Below, piece after piece: positions 54,336 to 64,000 of a stretch of 64,000 nt of DNA. Below the pieces are notes generated by a model. The model made no database searches. It saw only the letters and a list, made by a program, of their open reading frames with translations, and was not told where the DNA came from. The stretch covers positions 125,922,001 through 125,986,000 of the forward strand of contig OX597816.1 of NCBI GenBank assembly GCA_951406725.2. The letters are read 5' to 3'. How positions within the stretch are numbered: the first letter of the stretch is position 1; each line of letters opens with the position of its first letter. The DNA comes from Octopus vulgaris. Lineage: Eukaryota. Position numbers and translations under genes: made by a program.

Positions 54336-54520
54336 AGCGAGCATAACTAATAGTAATATGAAGTAAAGGAAATAATTCACAAATAGATTAACAACATGAA
54401 TATTGCTAGGTAAGATGAGGTGACATTTTAATTTACTCTATTTCCATTTAACTGAAACTTCCTTCTTCAATAGCAACTGTTAGCAATTCCCAATAGATAA
54501 AATGAAATAATTAAAAAAAT

Positions 54521-54941
54521 TATTAATAGTTATAGCCAAGCTAACATGGTAGTCCAGAAAAACAGGACAAATGCTGCCATTGATTAGTTCCAAGAGGCCA
54601 TAGCCTCCAGCTAGCTATGTGACACACAAATCTGTGTCCATTACAACCTTCGAACAGTGACATTCATCAGCTTCCCCATGCTGGTTCAAACATCCACAGA
54701 CCAATTTTGGGGTATTTTCCCCTTATCAATGTAGAGTAGCTGAATGCAGCAGGTGTCGCTGTTGACTGTCTGTTCGAAGGTTTATATATATTCAGTGGAA
54801 CACATCCACTGATTTTCAAATATGGAAATATTATTTCTAAATTTCTCTAAAGGAGACTACGGGAGCAGTATTGGGTATTAATAGTTACCGCCAAACTAAC
54901 ATGGCAGTACAGAAAAATAGGATGAATACTGCCATTGATTA
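54521..54941 (-). mobile_element. Retrozyme-like unit: 355-bp monomer plus ~66-bp partial tandem duplication, with an internal hammerhead relic
   Basis: 54521-54586 and 54876-54941 are diverged direct repeats; hammerhead fold at 54693-54735. Confidence 0.7.
54693..54735 (-). ncRNA. Mutated minimal type I hammerhead
   Basis: tctaca-TTGATAA-gggg(aaaata)cccc-AAAA-ttg-GTC-tgtgga: stems I and II intact; core U3/A8 and G12A. Confidence 0.7.
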
Positions 54942-56229
54942 AAAAAATTCAAATGAAGATAATTGCAAGAAACTGAAATTTAATTTCTCACAGTAAACTT
55001 ACAATTTTAGGAGAATGTATGTTTGGACTATGTTTGCAAACAGTGGACTACAATGGATATGATTCAATTTGTCAAACTTCATCAGTGATGGCTGATGGAC
55101 TCTCCCATCAAAGACAACATGTGAGTGTTCAGCTTTTGCCAAATGATCAGCACAAATGATTTGTTTATAATGATCAAATGTATGCACTATACATTAGCTC
55201 GCTCTCTCCATCAAATCAACATTGCCTGAACAGGTGCATGGTGTATCATGCGTCAGGTGTTGAAATGATTGCAAGGCAATGTGAAATGATGTTCTTTTGC
55301 TCAAGAATGCAACATATCACCTGATATAGGAATTGAAACCATGACCTCTGAACTGTAAATGCAGCACCCTAACCACCAGGCATACTAAAGACTGTTTGAT
55401 CAGTTCACAAAGATTTTTAATTTAAAAAGAGGTAAAAATATTGCCTGGTCTTTTAAATTGCATCATCAAAGGGTTAAGATATGAATTTGGATAATTAAAT
55501 CAGGACAGAAGGTACTGAAAACCATACGAAAAGAAAAATATACAAAAATGCTAGCAAACAAAAGATGGAAATCAACTTTGAGTGATTTTTGATTTCTCAA
55601 AATTATCTCCTCACTTCTCAGAAATGCTGTTAAGTTATGTTTGTTTTCTCTAAATTTGATTGAAATTTCAAATGAAAACTTTATTGCATATGGCATTCAC
55701 TGCATCAGTCAATCAATCCAAATTCATGCCATTAAACTATTTCAGATATTTCCTTTACTTAATATTATTTTTAAATAAACAAGTTGAAGAAGACAAAAAT
55801 TATTATCAACTCTTCTCTCTATACGAAATTCAAGCAGACTAGAGTAGACTATACAATGCTGATGAACTTGAATAGATTGAAAATTTGTCAATAGATGCTC
55901 CTTGATTGCAAACAAAGATTAGATTTTCTTTCCTCTGAGCATGTACATGAACTATGATAAATTAATTCTTATTTTCTTGATCTTGTCTTTGATGAGAGTT
56001 ACTAACTTTGTGTGCCTGTGCATTTGTGAATATCAAGTTGACTGAAACTAAGTGTTGCCTATCCTAGTACCAACTACTTTGCAGAGTTGACTGGGTGCTT
56101 TTTATGTGGTACCAACACCAGCAAGGCCTGATATAGCATGGTTTCCACAGCTGGATACCCTTCCTACTGCCAATCAGTTTACATACATACATATATATAT
56201 ATATATATAAATACACACATATATATATG

Positions 56230-56539
56230 GTAAGATTCTTTTGCCACTATAACATGGCTATTCAATAAAAAACTATGTTACAAAATTTTAACCCCAGGAA
56301 AACATCTATTCAAGCTGATCAGTGACACACACAACCTGTATCCGATATATTGTGAGTAAGGGAGTGAACCATTCCCCTTCAGCTTAGCAAGATTAGTGGG
56401 GAGTGATTCCCTCCATTACTCACAATATATCGGACACAGTTTGTCATTGACCAGCTGGAAAAGATGTTTTCCTGGGGTAAAAATGTAGTAATATAGTTTT
56501 TTATAGAACAACCACGTCATAGTGGCAAAAAAACATTAC
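56230..56539. repeat. 310-bp imperfect palindrome
   Basis: ttttgccactat/atagtggcaaaa, accccaggaaaacatct/agatgttttcctggggt and tccgatatattgtgagtaa/ttactcacaatatatcgga pair across the arms. Confidence 0.92.
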
Positions 56540-56819
56540 TGTCTAGTATTGTTACTACTTATATCACATTTAGAGATTTTAGAACTAGCTATTTTGCTCA
56601 TTATATATTCAGTTAAAAAGGATTTATTAGGAACCAACACAGACATATAGAATACCCACAAGTGGCTAGAAGAATCACACAGAGCAGACATTATAAAGTC
56701 CAATGTCATGAGTACAAATTATGCAGAATTGGATGCTACTGTTGGGTAATTTTCAGTTCCAGTTATTTACCAATGAGCCGATTATTGAGTGAATTCATGG
56801 TATAGCAGAAATATAAAAG

Positions 56820-57102
56820 CAGATGGAGTCTGAATTTGCAAGAATTGTTTCATTAGAAATCTTTATTTAATATAGTCATAATAGATTGCATCATACATTA
56901 TGTATGTCTCCAAAACTCATCAAGCTCATTTAAACATAGTGAACTAATATTCCAGTATTGGAATTCCGATAGTTATATTTCACTATATTTAAGTTACCCT
57001 GATGAGTTTTGGAAATCTATGTAATCTATGATGCAATCTATTATGATCAAATTAAATAAAGATTTCTAATGAAACAATTGCTGCAAATTTAAGCTCCATT
57101 TG
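56820..57102. mobile_element. 283-bp imperfect palindrome with a hammerhead relic in each arm
   Basis: Plus: CTGATGA(56999)-g..ttggaaatct...agatttctaa.-GAAAC-aatt-GCT-gcaaatt. Minus: TTGATGA-g...GAAAC-aatt-CTT-gcaaatt (56833-56930). Confidence 0.8.
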
Positions 57103-60100
57103 TCTCTTTTTATTATACACACACACGCATGTGTATGTATGTATGACAGAGAAAGAGATGTGGAGAGAGAAAATATTAGTATAAAAATTGCCCAATTCAA
57201 AAATTTTCTGGTGCTACGAAACAAATCTGAAATTAAAGATGTTTTACATAATTTCTCAATTAGTGATTAACAATTGTTAAAAAAAATTTAAATAATGACT
57301 TTCTTTTTATAGATGCTTATCATAAAAATAGCTTTAATAATTATTATTTGGTTTCCAAATGATATACAATAAGATTTCTTCAAAGTTCTAATTTTTTTAA
57401 AGCAAATTTGTATGAAGTTCATTGTGAGCTGTGAAGCCAGCAACTCTTTTTTTTTTTTCAGTATGTATGTTCAGTGTGCACAACATATTAATTGCTCTCA
57501 GGAGGTAAATCAACAAGGCAAAATCATTTCTGAAAGTATTTGAGCTCAGAAGTTTAAGCTAACAAATAACTGATCAATTATAGTGAGCAGCAGTACTCTA
57601 CGTTACGAAAAAGTTAAATGCCACTGAAATAGGCAATCTTTTATGGTATTATGTAAACCAGCTCCACCTCCCTTCCTTCTACAAGTACTAACATAAATAT
57701 GTAATTAAATTATAAGTTGAATAGTTTGCTGACAGAATTTTAAATTAGACTTTAGGAGATTTCATGGATATTTTATATAAGAGAAATTATGTAAAATATA
57801 AATATCTGGTTCTATGAAAAATACACTCTTATCATCAACAGAGAAAATTCAAAACATAAATGTGAAAGGATCTTATACTGAAATGTGCTTTTAATTCTAA
57901 AGAATACTTGAAGAATTTTAGATAAACAATGTTTATCTCGAAAATCATCTGTAATAAACAGCAAAAAGGAGTTAGGAAAAGTAAGATTAGTGTCTGAGAT
58001 GTTTTGAAATGAATAATAACTATTGAGAAAAGTTATGAAGAATTATAACTCATGCAATTAAAAATATTCATTCAAATAAAAAGTATTCAGTATACTTGAA
58101 GCACATCAAAATTATAATATAGAACAAGGCATTAGAATTGACATTTTCTATGCAATAAGAACTATTTTTCTTTGTTTTTAGACTATTAAATTTAAATCCA
58201 GGTTTAAATATTTACTGATGATGCTATAAAAGTACTGAAGTAAAATGAAATTTATAATGTTTGCATAAGATTAACTTTCAAATGAAATTATTGAAAATTA
58301 GAATCTCTAGATTAAACACATTTAAAAATTCCCTTACTATTTCTTTCATTTAGTACTATTTACAATCATTTAATTCAGTTGGCTAATATTAACTTAATAA
58401 TCTATGAATACAAATGACAATATTCTAGGATTTGAGGTGTTCAAGTTTTATAATAATGTATGATACAGTAATTTATCTGATGAAATAAAAAATACTACAC
58501 TACACATTACTTCTTCAAAACATACATTGTAAGTCACAGCAAGTGGTTAGTATCAAAGTAACAGTTTTCTCTGATATTTTCAAGTAAACCTATTGAAAAT
58601 AATTTCTCAAAACTTTAAGTCATGTGGAAGCAGACATTTTTCAACAAAGAAATCAATGTTTTCAACAAATGAAGCTGAAAAACAGCTGAAGTAACATGAT
58701 TAATCACATAACATTTAGCCATTCATGTAACTGAACAAAAACTGATTTAAGAGACCCAGTATTAATGATCATGAATGTTATATAGAATAAAAATTCTAAA
58801 ACTTCGGATAACCTCAAATAAGTTTCAGCAGGCAATGGCTGAAACTAGAATTTTCCAACATTTTTACTCATGAAGGACATACAAAATATATTCCATGCCT
58901 TAAGAAACTCCTTACATTAAATATATTATGTATCTTTATTAATATTTTTCATAAACTTAAATTTTAGAAGTGATTAAACAAATTGTAAAACTATCTCTGA
59001 AAAGTTTGGAAAATGCTAGACCTTAATTATACCAAATCCTCTAATTATTTTCTATTGAAAGGTAAATTTTCCATAGGGTTGCCTTAATATATAAGGATTG
59101 CAGGATCCCTATCCTAGGAAATATACTGTATAAGTTTAATAGATTTGCTAATAAAGAATCAAACACAGAAATTACTTATAATGCTTTAGCATAAAATTAG
59201 CTATTTATTGTTGTTTTGGCACAGAACCCTTAGGTCCTAAGGAACCCCAAATGGAAAACAGAAGCTCAAGCCAAGGCTAATATTGATAATTTATGAACAT
59301 TTGTGTATAGAGTTATTATTTGAAAAGACATATCTAGATTGTGGCAGTTTGCCTGAATATTGAGAAGATATAGATACCAATGTGAAGTTTAAATGAGATT
59401 ATAAACTGCATGAAACTCATGAATAATGTTAAAGAGTTTTGTTATACTTAATCATAATAAATAATGTTTTACTACCATATACTTTTAATATTTATCATTT
59501 TGCTGCAACATATTTCACTATTATTCTATTTTGCTGCTACATATTTCGAGATCAGTTCATAATTTTAATATGCTTTCAAGATAAGTTTATTATTTATTGC
59601 ATATATTTCTGTTTTGTACATTACATCTAAATTTCAGCTTGGAAGCAGTAAAAGAAAATTCATGCTTATTTTTATGAAAGAAAATCTGATACACTAATCA
59701 ATTCCCTTTGGGATTTAATGAAAGTAAAACTAAAATTGTTTAAGTTCTTTGATGAATTAATATTAGTGTAATACCTAAAATAAAATTGCATTGTTACAAG
59801 ACGTAATTATATTCAGATTGAGAATAATGTTTTAAACATAACTCATTATTCATAACCTGCAGTCATAAACAAAACTATGGAAATCACTTATAAGCTTGAA
59901 AATTGCATTATATCATTTTGAATATAATCTGGATAAAGTAATTATAAGAAGTTAAGAAAATATAATTTCAAAATTTTAAATGGATAGCATTAAATCAGAT
60001 GATGAAAAATTATAATTAACGAAAGTCAAAATGAAAATTTTTAATATTTAATGAGAATAATCCTGATATGACATTTACAGTTTTGACGTGCATCAGAGAA

Positions 60101-60493
60101 AAGAGAAGCAATATCCGATGTTTAAGCAAAATATCAGTCTGGAATAGCAAATTATTTGTTTTCTCAATATGCTTTTTAATTTTCTGTAAAGGAGTAATGT
60201 CTTGGGTTGCATGGAAGAAGATTATTGTAAATATGCAGAAAAAAGTTGATGGAAGATGAATTATTGGGAGGAAAGAACTCCAGGAATTTACAAGCAAATA
60301 GGTAAGTATATGTATGTTTTTAATAACAGAGAAAGTTAGCTTCAAGAAAAATAGCAAATATTAGACAGGTAAGTAGGTTGAGGTAAAAATAGAGCTAAAT
60401 ATGCTAGGTGGTCAATAAGTGCATTAGTTTGAAGTATATTGGCCAGGAGACAGGCAGGGGGATGTCAGCACTCATGAGAGTGTCATGAATTAC

Positions 60494-60568
60494 CTCTACA
60501 TATTCGGTTCTGTGGACCTGTACATCTGCTGTTTTCATACTGGTGAGGTTCACATTTGGGATCACAAA
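60494..60568 (-). CDS. Host gene coding exon (phase 1 to 1), TNFR-type cysteine-rich repeat: xCDPKCEPHQYENSRCTGPQNRICR
   Basis: tctatttcag| acceptor, ag|gtaatt donor, 75 nt open. The C..C....YE...CT...NRIC pattern is present and it joins in frame to exon 36929-37069. Confidence 0.8.
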
Positions 60569-61410
60569 CTGAAATAGACATGAAATGTACTTTGCTGCTA
60601 TGATAAAGTCTCTCTAACAAGTTATGCCAATTATTTCAGATTACTGTTTCTCAGCTGAGTGATTGCAAATTTCACACTATAATGGTTAAAAAATATATAC
60701 TTTGGAGACTTATTGCTACATTTTTAAGTAAACATAAAATATATATTAAAAAAATATTGTAAAAATAATGACCTTAGTTTATTTTTAAAATTACTAAATA
60801 CATTACAATGGAGGAAGTCACCTAATAAAATAATAATGAAAAAAATAAATAAAAGGTTTTTGATCTAAACATAAAGTCAGAATCTGAGAGAGGAGTGTAC
60901 CTAATTGAATCAGAGATAGTACCTTACAGCTAATTATTTTTTGAAGCTGGAAAGATGAAAGGTAAAGTTAAGTTGACAGAATTTTAATTCAGAGAGTAAA
61001 GAGACTAAACTAAATATTGTAGCACATCGCTGCTACTGCAAAATGTACATAGATAGCAGAATTGTATAGAGTTCCCATTAAAATCTGTAACCACCCCATC
61101 AGAAAATGCACTTGGATTAGCAAGAGCTGTTCTTACAGACCAATAAATAAAGACAATATCTGACAAGACCTGGTTTCATTAAAAGAATTTAGTCTGACAC
61201 TTTACCTTCTCAGACATCCCATCCACTACTCATTCGAAACAAAAAGAAAAAAAAATGTTGATGATTCCTTATTTATTCATAAAGTTAATTGTTCAAGAGA
61301 AGAACATTCAATAAGCTGACTTAAGTATAGACAATACATAGTTGACCTTGAAGAGATAAAAGCCCTGGTTAATATTATCAAGAATGCAACCTTAGAATGA
61401 AGGATTAAAT

Positions 61411-61466
<56 letters not shown>

Positions 61467-61481
61467 TAATAATAATAATAA
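61411..61481. repeat. (AAT)n microsatellite
   Basis: Directly visible. Confidence 0.95.
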
Positions 61482-63323
61482 AGCCGGTTTATAGAAATGA
61501 TGAAAATTGAGGATATCTAATGAGATGCACCACATTTTTAAACTTCCCTCTAGCAGCAAATACAATAGGCACAAAACATTTTCCAATGCCAAAATTCTCT
61601 AACACTTCTGTATCACAGAAAAAAAAATTAATGCCATAAAACTTAGTTACTGAAGCTAATAATAATATAATAGGACTGTTCAATAATTACTCATTAAACA
61701 ATCAGAGTAAACCAGTTTGGTACAACAACACTATATCTTCATAGACATGAATACAATAAAATTAGAAGTTGATTACTGATGGCACAAACCCAAAGCTTTA
61801 TGTCACATTCCAATTGAATTTCACTTCACTTACAAACTATATACTTTAAAATAATTTTATTTTACAGGATTTGTTTCCAAATAAATTTGAAACAACGACC
61901 ATGCCTTCCATGATACTTATGTTGGCATCTATAGCAAAATAATTGCCAGCAATACCAAAATGTAATCTTCAAAATAAAATCAATGTGATAAAGACAACAA
62001 CAACGGGAAGCTCCAATTACCATATCAAATAAAAAATAAGCTTTAACCTTTGAAACATGAAACCATTTGAGACTGCCTCTAAATATAAATGCATATATAA
62101 ATGCAAACATCAATCACAATCTCATTACAGCATGATGGAATAACAAGAGCTAGTCAAAGACAGTATAATATGACAAATATAAAGTTACAAATATTTTATT
62201 AAAACTCTGAAGTCTTGAGTGTTTTGAAAATTATCTGAAATACTTTGGTAATCAGCCGATTACAGTAATGGTTATCATCATCATCATTTATGTTTCATTT
62301 CTCGTGTTAATATGGGCTGGATGGCTCATCACAGTTCTTATTCAGGTCAAAAGACTAAATTTCATTCATACATTTTATTTTAGTATGGCATTATGGCAAG
62401 ATGCCCTTCCTGATAGCAATGACTTTATAAAGTATAATGGTGCATTTTATTATGACTGAAAACTCCTTTCAATGCTATCTACTCATTCACCAACCACTTC
62501 ACAGAGTACTTGTGCATTTTATTGTGGTACCTGCATTAATAACATTGCCTCATAGTCAGCAAGAGAAAAGGGCCCTCGGGCTAAACTTCCTCTCCGGCTG
62601 TTCAGGGTAATACAAATAACAGAGTGAGTGGAAGAGAGAATGATTGTAGATGAACTAGGTGAGAGAAGAGTGTAATGAAGTGGAGAAACAGACTGATTGG
62701 GGTGACAGTGTGAAAAAGGAAGGAGAATTAGGAAATACAGTAGTAGGAGTGGGATGAAGGACACAATAATGGCAGGGTGTAAAGAGAAACCACTAACGAT
62801 ATCTCTGGTTAAGGTACAGAATGAGTGATGGATAGTCAATAATGAGACTGAAAGTTAAGTGAAAACTTCTGATTTGTTGTTTTAACTTTCCACATCAACA
62901 GTTAATACATCTAATCAATAATTATCTTATTATGAAAGTTCTGTTTCGCTGTTTCTAGTTTAACTGTAGATGTACATCAAATTATAAACCAGGCTTTACT
63001 GTGGCTTTAAGTAATTTTCTTCTGCAGGTAGACACCTAACATTTATAACCATTTGCTTTTTCCCTTTCTCAGTGCAGTTAAAGTCTTTCTGGTTGTTGTA
63101 TTCATCTTAAAGTGTTAGCTTTTGATTCTGACTCACTGATGCTATGCATTCTGGAGCTTTCCACTCTTTCCATCTTTGTCTCTCAATTGTGATCTTATAC
63201 CTTCTCTTTTTCTCTCATCTATCCCAACTTGTTCTTATCTTTCCTCTTCTTTTGGGTAATCACCAGTATACATTCATTCCTTTTTTAAAATCAAGGAATC
63301 AACATAAGTTTGATGGTGCCAAT

Positions 63324-63930
63324 TATTAGGTTGTTCCAAAAATAATGGCCAGTTTCAGAAACAAATTTTTTCTGGTAAAATTAACAATAGAAATGTTTTG
63401 ATTAATCAAAGTATGAGCCGTGAACATCTATGTATCTCTGCCATCGATCAACAAGATTATTTATGCCTCGTTGATAAAAGCTTATTGGCTTTGATGCTAA
63501 GAAATCTTTGAAAGCTGATTCCACCTCTGGTTTGGACTTGAAAGTTTTATCACTTAAAAACGTGTTTAAATGCTTAAAAATGGTAGTCAGAGGGTGAAAA
63601 ATCAGGAGAATATGGTAAAGTCTTGTATCCTAAGTCTGTGAGTTTCTGCAGCATCATTCTTGCAACATGTGACTTTGCATTATCGTGGAGCAGAATTGGG
63701 ACACACCAATTCACCAATGCAGGTCTCACTTTTTGCAAGTGAGTATGTATTTCAGCAAATTGATTGCAGTAAACATCTGCTGTAATGCTCTTGTTGGCTG
63801 TAATGGACAACACCAATTGCTGACCACCAGACATTCACTATAATCTTTTGCTGATGCAACTTTGGCTTTGGGAAATGTTTGGGAGACTCATTGCAATCAA
63901 GCCATTGACCTGATCATTTACAGTTATGCA
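63324..63930 (-). mobile_element. Mariner transposon, 3' remnant
   Basis: ORF 63574..63834 ILLHDNAKSH...LPYSPDFSPSDYHF; TIR-like end tattaggttgttccaaaaataatggcc. Confidence 0.9.
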
Positions 63931-64000
63931 TTAGGGTCAGTGTAATCAACTTAATCCCCTCCCCGAAGCTGTCCTTGTGGCAAAAATTTGAAATCATTAT

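Noticed and set aside
60250-61945. Plus-strand mini gene (ATG at 60250, donor at about 60301, acceptor at about 61868)
   Set aside because: Gives only about 32 aa with no motif and overlaps the better-supported minus-strand gene.

Overview
AT-rich, repeat-dense animal genomic DNA. The TA/CA microsatellites, tRNA-type SINEs and LINE families look cephalopod, probably Octopus; this is an inference. Almost every long ORF in the track is translated microsatellite. One host gene is supported: four minus-strand, phase-compatible GT-AG exons (60494-60568, 36929-37069, 33946-34121, 21120-21328) that encode a TNFR-type cysteine repeat followed by an unidentified region. The rest is mobile DNA: three copies of a CR1-group LINE, several Penelope-like element (PLE) pieces, three Tc1/mariner remnants and many SINEs. 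The most striking signal, read by eye, is about 14 type I hammerhead ribozyme (HHR) motifs. Several have complete cores, one has a compensatory G3-C8 core, and one has an A6U core. They sit in PLE termini, in a retrozyme-like 355-bp unit, and in small non-coding fold-back elements that carry a hammerhead on each strand. All folds and alignments were done by eye and none has been computed.
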